Of a stretch of 64,000 nucleotides of DNA, positions 36,491-46,908 are shown piece after piece. Origin of the DNA: a virus (Duplodnaviria > Caudoviricetes); IMG/VR virus record IMGVR_UViG_3300031994_000043, positions 32,001-96,000 of that record. One strand, written 5' to 3'. Within the stretch, counting starts at the first letter, position 1. Every line of letters starts with the position of its first letter. The translations under genes and the position numbers were made by a program. The notes below the pieces were generated by a model. It saw nothing but the letters and a program-made list of their open reading frames with translations. It had not been told where the DNA came from and searched no databases.

Positions 36491-37272
36491 ATACTGAGAG
36501 AATCAAAAGTTCTCTTATCCAATGTGGTGAACTTAATTACAGGCCATTCTTTTTCGCACTGTCTAGCATAATTTGAAATTATGAATATACGCTTGATTAT
36601 AGGATTCTTTACTGTAATGACTTCTTCTCGCTTACTATTGTTAATGATATGATGCATAAGTTCTGGTTTGTATTTTACCAATTTAGTACAAAGGTTCTTA
36701 CTCAATGCTTTCGTAGCATTTTGTAAGTCGGCTTCACCACAAGAATCAATGAAACCATACAAGTCACTTGTCATTAAGACTTTCTTCTTAAATGTTTCCC
36801 AATCAGTCGCAATAGCTTCTTTCGCATCACCTAACAAGGAGACCGATTTTTCTTCAAACCAGTTATTCAAGTTCATTCTATTCCAAAGATACTTAGAAAT
36901 GATTTGACATTTCAAAACACGAAGTTCGTCCTTGAATGTTTCGGAATAAGTAACGAAATCAGTCCATTCTTTAGAATCTTCGTTTGCGATGACTCGGTTG
37001 ATAAATTCTTCGTAATAACGAGTTCCTTCAACTTGAATGATACATTCTGCTTTTGTGAATGGGTTGTTGCTATTGTTGTACATTGTTTCAGGATTTATTG
37101 TAACAGCATAAGAATTGGCTGTGGAAATTTCCTTCAATGTTTGAACTAACACATTGTAAGGACATTGAACATATCCTGTAAATATACTTTTAGATAGCAC
37201 ATTTTCTAATTCTTTTTTAGATAATGGCAAAGTTGTTTTCTGTATGTTAAAAATTTCACTATAACTGAGCAT
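36478..37272 (-). CDS. hypothetical protein
   Basis: 264-aa ORF after a TATAAATA box. Confidence 0.7.
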   Translation of the reverse strand: MLSYSEIFNIQKTTLPLSKKELENVLSKSIFTGYVQCPYNVLVQTLKEISTANSYAVTINPETMYNNSNNPFTKAECIIQVEGTRYYEEFINRVIANEDSKEWTDFVTYSETFKDELRVLKCQIISKYLWNRMNLNNWFEEKSVSLLGDAKEAIATDWETFKKKVLMTSDLYGFIDSCGEADLQNATKALSKNLCTKLVKYKPELMHHIINNSKREEVITVKNPIIKRIFIISNYARQCEKEWPVIKFTTLDKRTFDSLSMWEG

Positions 37273-37305
37273 ATACTATCCTTTATTACTATATTTATAT
37301 ACACG

Positions 37306-37333
37306 AAAAAGGACCCTAAACTGGGTCCTTTTT
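37306..37333. terminator. intrinsic terminator
   Basis: AAAAAGGACCC-taaact-GGGTCCTTTTT. Confidence 0.8.
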
Positions 37334-37356
37334 ATTACTAAATGTAGTATGATATA

Positions 37357-37680
37357 TTAGATACCAAATTTTTCGGCAAATTCTTCTGGTGAGTAAATGC
37401 CACCTTTTTTAGGTTCAATCTCAGTAATTTCACCATTTTTAATAGTAATTTTTACTTCACCAACATCGTCAAATACAGTATAAAATTCATAAATGTTACG
37501 ATATATAAGTTTGTAACCATCGCCTCTACGCCAATCAGAGTGCCATTTAATACCATTTTCCTGTGTATATTCATATACTACTTGACCAAGCCAATCAAGT
37601 GTATCATCTTCAGCATGGGTTTCTTTGATAAGATAATAACCTTGGTTATCCAAAAATTCTATTGCTTCTTGTAAATTCAT
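37357..37680 (-). CDS. hypothetical protein with MxLxEA leader
   Basis: MNLQEAIEFLDNQGYYLIKE. Confidence 0.75.
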   Translation of the reverse strand: MNLQEAIEFLDNQGYYLIKETHAEDDTLDWLGQVVYEYTQENGIKWHSDWRRGDGYKLIYRNIYEFYTVFDDVGEVKITIKNGEITEIEPKKGGIYSPEEFAEKFGI

Positions 37681-38087
37681 TATGCTTCCTCCAAATTTTT
37701 AACATTGAACTTCTTGATTAATTGCCAGTTATGTTTTTCTTTATGTGGCAAAACAAAAATTCTTACATTATGTTCTTCTATTTGTGTTGGGTCAATAATT
37801 TCAATCATATTCCATTTTTGAAGGCAAAACGCAATAGAATTTCTGCGTTCTATATCTTCCATACTAACATTACCGAAACCTGGAAAACCATCTTTTCCGC
37901 GGCCTAAAACGAATAATTGTTTAAAATGACCGATATAATATGTACCGAAATGTTTTAGCAAGTGGCAGGACTGGTATAAAATCTTATTTTTGTTATCGGG
38001 TATTCCCATTCTTGTTAGAGTTTCTTCAATGATAGATGGTTCTACCAGCAATTTTACCTCTAACAATTTATTTGTCATTGTATTCAT
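37680..38087 (-). CDS. regA: translational repressor RegA (T4-like)
   Basis: ETLTRMGI, LYQSCHLL, HFKQLF, RRNSIA, KEKHNWQL match T4 RegA. Confidence 0.9.
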   Translation of the reverse strand: MNTMTNKLLEVKLLVEPSIIEETLTRMGIPDNKNKILYQSCHLLKHFGTYYIGHFKQLFVLGRGKDGFPGFGNVSMEDIERRNSIAFCLQKWNMIEIIDPTQIEEHNVRIFVLPHKEKHNWQLIKKFNVKNLEEA

Positions 38088-38095
38088 TGTATCAC

Positions 38096-38569
38096 CTATT
38101 TAAGAATTAGAGGTTGTGGTTGCCATTCAAAGTCTTTCAATTCATTATTGAAAATTGTTTGGGCAACTTGGGCTGGATTTAATTCGGTCTCATTGGTATC
38201 GTTATTAAACTCTTTGGCGATTATATCACGAACTGTTGTATAACGAATTAAATCACTTTCATCTAATTTAGAGAAACCGTAATTATTATACCCTTTATTG
38301 GTGTACAATGTTTTTAATTCAGTGGCTAATGCAGATATATCAAGATAATGTTCATTATAGAAAAGATACTTTTTGTTCTGGACAATTCTAGCAGTCCAAG
38401 TCTTTGGGTTAATTTCTTTTAGATAATCAAAAACATCTTTTTCTTTCACCGGTGCTGGTGCTACTGGTGCGACAATTTTCTTGACTTTAACTTGCGGAAC
38501 CTCAACCTTTTGGTGGTTATAGGCTTTATCCATATTCAACTTCACATATTCTCTAAACGATAGATTCAT
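38096..38569 (-). CDS. hypothetical late protein
   Basis: CATAAATA-N4-ATG; N-terminus MNLSFREYV. Confidence 0.7.
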   Translation of the reverse strand: MNLSFREYVKLNMDKAYNHQKVEVPQVKVKKIVAPVAPAPVKEKDVFDYLKEINPKTWTARIVQNKKYLFYNEHYLDISALATELKTLYTNKGYNNYGFSKLDESDLIRYTTVRDIIAKEFNNDTNETELNPAQVAQTIFNNELKDFEWQPQPLILK

Positions 38570-38589
38570 ATTGTATTTATGAATTTTCG

Positions 38590-39000
38590 CTATTTACTAA
38601 TGATTCTATTGAATATATGGACTATCTTTCCATCTAATGAAACATAAGGAATTTTGAAACTAACTGAATGTTCACTTGGAATGGTTTTAACTTCAGCTTC
38701 ACTACGATAAATTGAAACAGGAACCCAGTATTCTATCTGGTCAAAAACCATATTTATTAGACCATCAATCTGTGTATGGTTTTCAAACAGAACTTTATAT
38801 AGGGGAGAACTAAAACTCAAATTGAAAATTCTCTCATAAGGTTCAGTACACAATACGGCTTCAATGGCTTGGTCAAGTGCGTCCGAGCCATAAATCTCTA
38901 CGTGTTCTGATAATTTATCCCCGTTCAAATCATAATAAGGGTTTGGTGTTCGTAATTCACCTAAATTCTTAAAATCCGGGTTGGCACTTAATGGCAGCAT
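38590..39000 (-). CDS. baseplate wedge subunit (gp25-like)
   Basis: ALDQAIEAVLCTEPYERIFNLSFSSPLYKVLFE...WVP. Confidence 0.8.
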   Translation of the reverse strand: MLPLSANPDFKNLGELRTPNPYYDLNGDKLSEHVEIYGSDALDQAIEAVLCTEPYERIFNLSFSSPLYKVLFENHTQIDGLINMVFDQIEYWVPVSIYRSEAEVKTIPSEHSVSFKIPYVSLDGKIVHIFNRIISK

Positions 39001-39003
39001 TTG

Positions 39004-39372
39004 TTATTTCCTCGTCATATATGTTTCAGGAATGTTAAAAAAAGTTTGCCCGATAGTGTGATTTTTGCTATTTTGGATAACCTGGACGTCAAAAAGTCTA
39101 ATACCATCTACAGGTATGGCTTCCTTGACCAGCTTTGCCACGCAGGATTGCCCGTTATTGTTTATGACTACCACATTACCTATCTCTAAAGGAACGTCTT
39201 CCTGGTGCGTTTCCTGGTCAGTACTGAGCGATGGGAAATCTTCCTTAATCTGTTTGGCTCTCATTACCTCAGTACGGAGAATATCTGCTATCCATTTTGG
39301 GCAATTTGGGGCAGTTGCCACCTTTTTACATGCTTCAAATAAAATATCTCTTTGTTGTTCGTATATGTTCAT
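39004..39372 (-). CDS. hypothetical protein
   Basis: Packed ORF. Confidence 0.65.
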   Translation of the reverse strand: MNIYEQQRDILFEACKKVATAPNCPKWIADILRTEVMRAKQIKEDFPSLSTDQETHQEDVPLEIGNVVVINNNGQSCVAKLVKEAIPVDGIRLFDVQVIQNSKNHTIGQTFFNIPETYMTRK

Positions 39373-40727
39373 TAAACACCACCTGTCATCAATTCACGTT
39401 CACTTGTATAACCCTTAATACCACTGACTTTCATAACCTTGTCTTTTAGTTTATCATTTCCGTTAACCGCAATTTCTACAGCACCTCGCATAGAAGAAAT
39501 TATATTATCGTTTTCATCTACCAATGCTAGTGTGGTCTGTAATTTGTCATTAGTTTGTTTGATAGAGTATTCTTCGTTAGCTGGTATCAAGGACATTCCA
39601 TCTAACATATTAGTGCTATCATATCTATATGTTTCAAATCCATCACCATTATTCATAGTAATTTCAACATAACCTTGAGAATCGTTAATAGTCATATTTC
39701 CCAAGATAGAATCCGAGCCAGCAGAATTATATTTTGGATTTTGTTCCTTAAATGCGTTAATAAATGCTCTGCGTTCCATTTTGAAGTATTGATAACATTT
39801 GTTCTTTTTCCAAAAGTCGCCATTCTTGATGTCATTCCAAGAAGCACCACCTGGGAATATGTTAGCTGCTATATTGAAAGCATTATTAGCTGCATTGACC
39901 TGTGAAGGTGTGAGCATACTATCAATTAATTTTTTCAAATCATTTTTAGCATTATTCAAGTTGTTAATGCGACTATCAAATGTATTCATATATTCGGCAG
40001 ACATTGTGGAATCAAGTCTATAACCATCACCACTTTCTTCAATACACATCTTTCTTAAACAAGTATTGTAATATGAATTAGCAGTTCTAATGTTAGAACA
40101 AATTTCGGTGTCAATAAGTACGCAATCAAAGAACTTCTTTAATCTATCAAGCATATCAAAAGCACCAATGTTAATCAAAGTATCTAATAGATTTTGAAGG
40201 AATCTTCTTACACGTTCTTTGTTTCGTTCCAACATATCAAGAAATTCAGTACACATAGCATAATACTGGTTGAGCATTTCTTTAACAGCACTCAAACCAA
40301 AATTAAATGTTAAACCAAATGAACAAATTTGATTTTTAAATTCTTTGAAATCACCGACAACCTTATACATTTCTTCCTGTGGTCTAGGGTTGTAGTTAGT
40401 GTATTTTCTAATTGTTCTACACAACAAAGAATTTGGGTCTAATACTTGTTCAAGGAACTCTGTACATCTGAACAAGCCTTGACATATCGCATCAAAGTCA
40501 AAATTCAGTAGCTTGTCCACCAGCCACTTTTGGAACACTCGGATAGCATTCAGTATTGTGTCAATTCCTACATCAATTACGAATCTGACAATAGACATTA
40601 GAGTATTGAATAAAGTATCTAATGCCTTCAATAATGCCTTAGCTGTTTTCTGTGCGACTTCCAACGCAGCTTTCACTAATAGAAAACTACCATAAATGTA
40701 TTCACATAGTATATCACCTATTCCCAT
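39372..40727 (-). CDS. hypothetical helical protein
   Basis: 451-aa packed ORF. Confidence 0.75.
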   Translation of the reverse strand: MGIGDILCEYIYGSFLLVKAALEVAQKTAKALLKALDTLFNTLMSIVRFVIDVGIDTILNAIRVFQKWLVDKLLNFDFDAICQGLFRCTEFLEQVLDPNSLLCRTIRKYTNYNPRPQEEMYKVVGDFKEFKNQICSFGLTFNFGLSAVKEMLNQYYAMCTEFLDMLERNKERVRRFLQNLLDTLINIGAFDMLDRLKKFFDCVLIDTEICSNIRTANSYYNTCLRKMCIEESGDGYRLDSTMSAEYMNTFDSRINNLNNAKNDLKKLIDSMLTPSQVNAANNAFNIAANIFPGGASWNDIKNGDFWKKNKCYQYFKMERRAFINAFKEQNPKYNSAGSDSILGNMTINDSQGYVEITMNNGDGFETYRYDSTNMLDGMSLIPANEEYSIKQTNDKLQTTLALVDENDNIISSMRGAVEIAVNGNDKLKDKVMKVSGIKGYTSERELMTGGV

Positions 40728-41332
40728 TATCTAGTTCCTTTACCTGTTTGTTCGTTTTCCATAACATCTTGTTCAGCAATAGTCCAATCGTCATAGTGTA
40801 CTGTCATAGAGTATTTTAATGCTTCTTGTCCTTCATAGGTCAAACTACCGGTATCTATTTTGGTAACAATACAGTTTCTCAAATGATACCTATATGTTTC
40901 GTTTCCGCCTGCTCTATCACCAACAACAATTTCTATTCTGTTAAAAATTGTAGTAAATTCTTTATGGATATAATTTGAATTTGAAGGTGTAGCATTTTTA
41001 AATTGTTTGAAAAAGTTGTAAACAACAAAATTGTTTTCGTGTGGGTCTGTATGAGTATAAAATTCTAATGTTGTATCTCCACTGTGTTTTCTAAGTACTG
41101 GAAAAGATTTTTCACTACCTAGAAAATGTTTTTGAATAATAGAAGTATCAAATGATGGCAAATCGGCTTTAATAGCAATCATACTTCTATCAGTATCATT
41201 ATTTAATGAATAACCTAAACTTTTGTCCTTATAAATTGAGTCCAAGTGAAAATTAACTCTGAAGATATAGTTATTTAATGGAGCAGAAGGTGGTTTCTTT
41301 AACATTTCTTTATGTAATTCTAATAATGCCAT
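40727..41332 (-). CDS. tail tube (gp19)-like paralogue
   Basis: ADLPSF...SGDTTLEF...LRNCIVTKIDTGSLTYE...YDDW. Confidence 0.6.
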   Translation of the reverse strand: MALLELHKEMLKKPPSAPLNNYIFRVNFHLDSIYKDKSLGYSLNNDTDRSMIAIKADLPSFDTSIIQKHFLGSEKSFPVLRKHSGDTTLEFYTHTDPHENNFVVYNFFKQFKNATPSNSNYIHKEFTTIFNRIEIVVGDRAGGNETYRYHLRNCIVTKIDTGSLTYEGQEALKYSMTVHYDDWTIAEQDVMENEQTGKGTR

Positions 41333-41977
41333 TTAATTATCTCCTGCGCAAGTATCATTTATTTGTGATTCACCATTACCCAATACTTTAAAATAGTCAT
41401 AAGAAAATGTTGCGGACTTCGTAATTACTTCGTTATCATTGTCATAAGACATTTCAGTAGAACCAATTTTAGTAACAAAACAGTTATGAAATTCAATAAT
41501 TACAGGATGTTTCTTTTGTAATCTATCTTCTCTAGGATTTAAATAATATATTGTATCTGGGTTAATGATAATCATTCTAATTGTTCTATGACCTTTATCA
41601 TCTACCTTTGTAAAATTTTGGTTGAATGAATAACCACCCTTACCTTCAAAATAAGCATCACATGCTGACTCAGCATGGAAAAGTTCTTCCAAAATTTTTG
41701 TTACTCTAAATGAAGTATTTTCATTGAACTTAATTTCCAATTCACCAGAGTTTTGAGCACGTCCTGGTAGTTTACCTTCAACACCAGCAAAATAAACAGG
41801 AATAGTGTTAATGTTTCTATCAGGCCAAGTACACGAAACTACTGCTTTTGCTAAGGTACGAGCATAATCGTCTGTTTTTTGGTTTACAAATAGCTGGGTA
41901 AAGTCCATTTCAAAAGACCACAATGGAACTGGGGCTTTATCGTAAAAATCATTATCCCAAATTGAATGAATAGACAT
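41333..41977 (-). CDS. tail tube (gp19)-like paralogue
   Basis: SCTWPDR...KLPGR..NSGELEIKFNE...FHNCFVTKIG...ATFSYDYF. Confidence 0.65.
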   Translation of the reverse strand: MSIHSIWDNDFYDKAPVPLWSFEMDFTQLFVNQKTDDYARTLAKAVVSCTWPDRNINTIPVYFAGVEGKLPGRAQNSGELEIKFNENTSFRVTKILEELFHAESACDAYFEGKGGYSFNQNFTKVDDKGHRTIRMIIINPDTIYYLNPREDRLQKKHPVIIEFHNCFVTKIGSTEMSYDNDNEVITKSATFSYDYFKVLGNGESQINDTCAGDN

Positions 41978-41997
41978 TTTATACCTCTAACTATTTA

Positions 41998-43293
41998 TTA
42001 CATACTTGCCTTGTATGCATTTTCAAATTCATTTCTATCACTAGCATTTAAGCCCATAGCATTTAGACCTGCCGTATAATATGTTCCTGTCTTGCCTTTC
42101 TTTACCCCTGCTTTTTTATCAAAGTCTGCTGCTCTTTGTGCCATTTCTTTAATTTCGGACTTACTAAACTCTGATTTTTCTTCTTTCTTTTGTTGTGGTT
42201 TAGAAGCTAGTTCTGGTTTAGGTTCTGTATTTTCTTTTGTTTTCACATTGTCAATTTTAGTTGGGTTAGGATTTGAAGTTGGTCCTTGTGGTCCTTTATC
42301 ACCACCGGTTTGTTGTCCGATATGTTCGTTACTAGCAACTTGTGTTTCTTGAACAGGTGGGTTACTTACTGGTGATGAATCGTCCAAATCCAAATCTTCC
42401 AATTCAGCAAGTTCAGGATTTCGTATCATATCCAAATCACTTTCATTTGCGGACTGTTTCCACATTTCTGTTTGTAGTTCTGGCTCAACTTCATCACTAT
42501 CCAAATCCAATCCCATTAGTTCGTTATAAGCAGGGTCATAGAGTTGTTCTTCCTTAATCATATCCAAATCAGACTGATTAGTGCTTTGTCTCCAGTCGTT
42601 TTCTATATCTTCTTTGTGTGCTTTAGGGTCACCTTCCACAAAGATAGTATCAGCATTAGCCTTTCCGTTTGGGTCATAAATTGGGTCTTGCGGAGTAATT
42701 TTCTTTGTTTCAGTTGTTTCACCATAATCAACTGGTTCGTCAATAGTTTGTCTATAATAAGTTTCAAATGATAATGTTACTGTGACTTTACAAGGGCTTT
42801 CATTTTGATAGTCATAATTATATACTGTATAATTTACAATTTTCAAATTCTCAAAATGATATAAGAACTTGTATCTCCATAAATTGTTATTCAAAACTTT
42901 AATTTGGATGATAGGTATTACTTTGTCTATGTTATAAACACCATAGTTAGTCATTAAACCATTACTGAATTTTTGGTTTAATTTATAACCCATATAATCA
43001 AATACTTTCTTTAGTGTACAAGAATAGTTATTGTTTTTATCATCCATATATTCGTAGAAATCCAAAGTCAATTCTTTACAAGAATCGTATTTTGGAGTAA
43101 CGAAAACTTGTGCGACATTACCATATTCAATAGTTTCTTCTTCGTATTCAAATTTAGGAATAGTAAGCCCTGTACAATTAACCAGAGGCTCTTCTTTATT
43201 GTTCAATGTGATAAGAACTTCAAAAGCATCAGATAGTTTAATTGACTTCTTATGCCAAAAATCTGTTATGTTTACAAATTGTCCTAATGCCAT
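41998..43293 (-). CDS. tube-fold protein with acidic low-complexity C-terminus
   Basis: LTIPKF...LTLDFYE...VTVTLSFE; duplicated W(R/K)QSxNxSDLDMI motif. Confidence 0.5.
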   Translation of the reverse strand: MALGQFVNITDFWHKKSIKLSDAFEVLITLNNKEEPLVNCTGLTIPKFEYEEETIEYGNVAQVFVTPKYDSCKELTLDFYEYMDDKNNNYSCTLKKVFDYMGYKLNQKFSNGLMTNYGVYNIDKVIPIIQIKVLNNNLWRYKFLYHFENLKIVNYTVYNYDYQNESPCKVTVTLSFETYYRQTIDEPVDYGETTETKKITPQDPIYDPNGKANADTIFVEGDPKAHKEDIENDWRQSTNQSDLDMIKEEQLYDPAYNELMGLDLDSDEVEPELQTEMWKQSANESDLDMIRNPELAELEDLDLDDSSPVSNPPVQETQVASNEHIGQQTGGDKGPQGPTSNPNPTKIDNVKTKENTEPKPELASKPQQKKEEKSEFSKSEIKEMAQRAADFDKKAGVKKGKTGTYYTAGLNAMGLNASDRNEFENAYKASM

Positions 43294-43296
43294 AAG

Positions 43297-44475
43297 TTAT
43301 CCCCTTCTTTGAACATAGAATGAACCAACTCTAGCTTCATTAGCTTGTCCACTTGCGTTCTTTTGTTTGAAATCAGATGCGAAACCAAGTGTACCATCTG
43401 GTTTTTCAATAACAGTAACTGCGTGTCCGTATTTTGAACCATCAGCATAAGTAATGTTAATTACATCACCAACTTTTAAATCACCATTCTTAACCATCTT
43501 ATTCAAATCGGCAGCACCATTACCAGATAGACCTTGAACTCTCTTATATCCATATCTACTCAAATCTTGATTTTCACCATTACCAGCAACAGCACCCAAA
43601 TCTTTCTGTCCAGTAGTAATAGCAGCTACAAGATATGTAGAAGTAGCACACAAACCATTTATACCCTTTTGATATGAATCTGTGATATAACCTTCTTTCT
43701 GTAAGTATTGAACAACCTGTGTAGTGTCATTTGTGTTAATGCCAGCAGTACGCATTCTGTCAAGTAACGCATCATAATTGGCTTCTCTGTTTTTATTGTT
43801 ACTTGTGAATTGTGTTAGTTTGTTATTAGAGTTAGGAATGATACTGTAATCTACACCGAAATTTACATTACCATAAGTAAATTCTGTATTCTGTACATTT
43901 TGTTCCATAGTATCAAGATTTGGATTGAAATTTGATGTTTGTGCTACATTTCTTTGCCCAGTAATCGTTCCCATTGATTCAGACCAATTTTCTACAATAC
44001 TATCCACAATAAATGAAGTGCTCATTGTGACTTGGCCAGCTGCACCATCACGCTTAAATTGTGGTTCATCATAAGAAACCAAATGACAAATGTATGCTGT
44101 GGATTTAGACTTGTCATAACGATTATGTTCTTCAAATTCTGTAATGACAACAGTAATTCTCCACGGTACTTTTCCGTAAGAATTAGAATTTAGTTTATCT
44201 ACAAATTGTGTAATTTCCATAGTATCTGTTTCTTCAAATGATATATCAAGTTTTCGTGAAGCTATATTCCATACTGGTATAGTGAAGATTGTATTACCCA
44301 AATACATTGAGCCTTCACTTGCTTGCCCTTCCATTTTTGGAACACTTACATTTGTAACGCAATATGTTAATTTATCATCATCAACACCAGGAAGTCCAGT
44401 AAAGAACTTTGCCACAAATCTAAATGGCAATTTAGGTCGCATATTCCAAAACTTATTTATAGAAAGTCCACGCAT
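43297..44475 (-). CDS. tube-fold protein fused to an NlpC/P60-CHAP-like amidase
   Basis: VSVPK...ISFEETD N-domain; GLCA...VGDVI...YGHAV...ASDFKQ C-domain. Confidence 0.6.
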   Translation of the reverse strand: MRGLSINKFWNMRPKLPFRFVAKFFTGLPGVDDDKLTYCVTNVSVPKMEGQASEGSMYLGNTIFTIPVWNIASRKLDISFEETDTMEITQFVDKLNSNSYGKVPWRITVVITEFEEHNRYDKSKSTAYICHLVSYDEPQFKRDGAAGQVTMSTSFIVDSIVENWSESMGTITGQRNVAQTSNFNPNLDTMEQNVQNTEFTYGNVNFGVDYSIIPNSNNKLTQFTSNNKNREANYDALLDRMRTAGINTNDTTQVVQYLQKEGYITDSYQKGINGLCATSTYLVAAITTGQKDLGAVAGNGENQDLSRYGYKRVQGLSGNGAADLNKMVKNGDLKVGDVINITYADGSKYGHAVTVIEKPDGTLGFASDFKQKNASGQANEARVGSFYVQRRG

Positions 44476-44482
44476 TGTAATA

Positions 44483-44500
44483 TATTTATACTAATAAATA
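44483..44500. promoter_or_regulatory. back-to-back late promoters
   Basis: TATAAATA (minus, 44483-44490) and AATAAATA (plus, 44493-44500). Confidence 0.65.
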
Positions 44501-44504
44501 CATT

Positions 44505-45869
44505 ATGGTAACGGATGAAGAAAGAAAATTAGCCAGAGAGTACGTCAATAAAAAGTACGAAAAGAAAAGTTCAGCATATATGAACGCTTCTAATGACAAG
44601 CAGAGAATGCGTATGATTGCTGACGGATCTGTGCTTGGAAAAGAAGATTTGGACTATAAGATTTTGGATGGTACGGCTGACGAATCTGCCATTAAGCAGT
44701 ATGCTATGTATCGTCAAAACCAAATAATTAAAACTGATACTGAAATCAAAGCTAAAAATGAGCGAAATTCCGTAGAAGCATTGCGTAGAGGTGATGCTAA
44801 AGTTATTGCAGTAATGGGTGATACTTATAATGAAGTTGACCCAGCATATATGGGTGGTGTACAGGAAAATCTACCTGAAAAACTTGAACCAGATACTACA
44901 GCACCAAATATAATAAATGTATCAAATGATAGTACAGAAAATAGTTTATATGAAGAATATGGAAACAACTATTTTGAACTAATTACTTATGATAACATAT
45001 TTAAAAGCAAAAATAACTCTTCAGGAACATTAACATTAGCCGGCGTATTGAAAGACATTCCTTCATTTGGTTTAACAACAGAATGGGATAAAGGTCCTGC
45101 TGCGTCAATTTCTGACACTGTTAAGAATTTTATGTGTTCACCTGGTGTGGAAATGGTTACAACATTAGGTGGACATGACCGTGCTTGGATGAATCTGGAT
45201 GAAGGTACTGACCGAACATATAAAACAACAAGTAGACCTTCTTTTGATTTGACATTCAAATTATATACAAATGAAAACATTGGTTCTAAATCATTGACAA
45301 CATATCAAACTTGGTTGAAAGCATTATCATTGTATGCTATGCCAAGTGTGGATGCTAAGGTGTCAATAAATGCTATGGCAAACAATGCTTTGAATGGTAT
45401 TTATGGTTGTGTAGATTTAGCTGACCAAATCGTAGATGCGGCAAAGAAAACATTTAATACTTCAATGAACGATACAGATAAAGACTTTCTTGACACGATG
45501 GCAGATGTAGCGACAAATGTTGTTAATACAGCAGCTGGTGCTATTGAAAGCAGAAATGGTGAATGGAGAGTTTCGTCAAACAATAACTTGAAAAATTATT
45601 ATGGTGCTAAATTGTGGTATTTGAAAATCTTACCAGGTATCTTTAGAAAGCCTTTGGTAGTTTATATTTCTAATTGGGGTATAACATATTCTAAAGAAAT
45701 AAACCCAAATACAGGAAAACCTATTTGGGTTGAATTTAAGATAAATTGTCAAATGGACCAGATAGCAAGTGCACCTATTTGGATGAAGTATTTAAGAAAT
45801 ACTACAAAACCAAACGCATATAAATTAGATTATGAAGAAACGATTACGGACTTAGAACAGTCTCGTTAA
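44505..45869 (+). CDS. probable baseplate/tube-initiator protein
   Basis: Shares motifs with 45844-46908 (F.T.W..., KP(I/L)W(V/I).F). Confidence 0.45.
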   Translation: MVTDEERKLAREYVNKKYEKKSSAYMNASNDKQRMRMIADGSVLGKEDLDYKILDGTADESAIKQYAMYRQNQIIKTDTEIKAKNERNSVEALRRGDAKVIAVMGDTYNEVDPAYMGGVQENLPEKLEPDTTAPNIINVSNDSTENSLYEEYGNNYFELITYDNIFKSKNNSSGTLTLAGVLKDIPSFGLTTEWDKGPAASISDTVKNFMCSPGVEMVTTLGGHDRAWMNLDEGTDRTYKTTSRPSFDLTFKLYTNENIGSKSLTTYQTWLKALSLYAMPSVDAKVSINAMANNALNGIYGCVDLADQIVDAAKKTFNTSMNDTDKDFLDTMADVATNVVNTAAGAIESRNGEWRVSSNNNLKNYYGAKLWYLKILPGIFRKPLVVYISNWGITYSKEINPNTGKPIWVEFKINCQMDQIASAPIWMKYLRNTTKPNAYKLDYEETITDLEQSR

Positions 45870-46908
45870 TCTTAATTGCTTGTGGAACTAATATATTGTA
45901 AATATATCTGTTAGACAATGACAATCTAGTTTCCAAAGATACATCAAAATTTATCCATAAGGGCTTAGGTACACTAATGCCCTGTTCTTTTACCATCTGG
46001 AATTGTCTACTTGGTGTGAATGAAAAACTCTTTACAATCCAGTCTATATTTAATTGACTTGTAACTGTATTTCCACTTGTGTCTTTAGAATTTACATATA
46101 AATCTCTTTTGTTGATTTTATCTCCCAAAAGAAAATTTACCGTAAAATTACCATTGTTCTTACCATTACCAGTAGTAGATACAATTTGATTATAAGTAGA
46201 ATCTGCAGTTTCTACTAAACTCTTTGCCGCTGAAGCAAATTTATTTTTTCTTGCTTCTTTTTCACCTGGTTTATCATTTGGGTTATCTCTGTCGGAAAAT
46301 CCAGCTACGAATGTTTTACCAGCATCTATAACAGTACCAATTATATTTGAAGTTCCTGCCATTGTGTTATTTAATGTATCTGCTATATCATCACCAAGTC
46401 CACGTCCGTCAGGATTGTTTGCTGCAGATGAAGATTTTACAGGAGAACATATATGAGTTAAAAACAAAATTACATCGTTATAATTTGTACATTCCATTCT
46501 ATTATTGTTATATGCTCTGAATTTTAATTGGACTTGAATTGGTTGAGCATCACCACTCATTTTTTGTTGTGTCCAAGCGTCAGAACAAATAAATGGTTGG
46601 AAACCTGCTTCGGATTGTCCAGCAAGAAATTTAACAAATTTACTGTTTACGAAACTTTCTATCTTTTTACCAATGACAGCACCACCAGCATCGCCCCAGT
46701 TAGTTTGAAAATTCAAAGACAAATTCTCTAGCATAATACCAGTAAATCCATCTAAAGTTAATCTCCAATAATTACTGTTATAAGTATAAAAATCATTATG
46801 AAATAGACTTATACTGAAACCATTTCCTACACCTAGATAGGAAGATGTTTTAGCTGTTTGAATATGTGATTGTTTATATACTTCAAATAAACTCATTAGA
46901 TACTCCAA
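45844..46908 (-). CDS. probable baseplate/tube-initiator protein
   Basis: Follows the tape measure-like gene; paralogue of the convergent gene. Confidence 0.45.
   Translation of the reverse strand: MEYLMSLFEVYKQSHIQTAKTSSYLGVGNGFSISLFHNDFYTYNSNYWRLTLDGFTGIMLENLSLNFQTNWGDAGGAVIGKKIESFVNSKFVKFLAGQSEAGFQPFICSDAWTQQKMSGDAQPIQVQLKFRAYNNNRMECTNYNDVILFLTHICSPVKSSSAANNPDGRGLGDDIADTLNNTMAGTSNIIGTVIDAGKTFVAGFSDRDNPNDKPGEKEARKNKFASAAKSLVETADSTYNQIVSTTGNGKNNGNFTVNFLLGDKINKRDLYVNSKDTSGNTVTSQLNIDWIVKSFSFTPSRQFQMVKEQGISVPKPLWINFDVSLETRLSLSNRYIYNILVPQAIKINETVLSP

Noticed and set aside
42380-42600. Duplicated QSxNxSDLDMI segment as a DGR template/variable repeat
   Set aside because: Both copies are in frame within one ORF, differences are not adenine-specific, and no reverse transcriptase is present.
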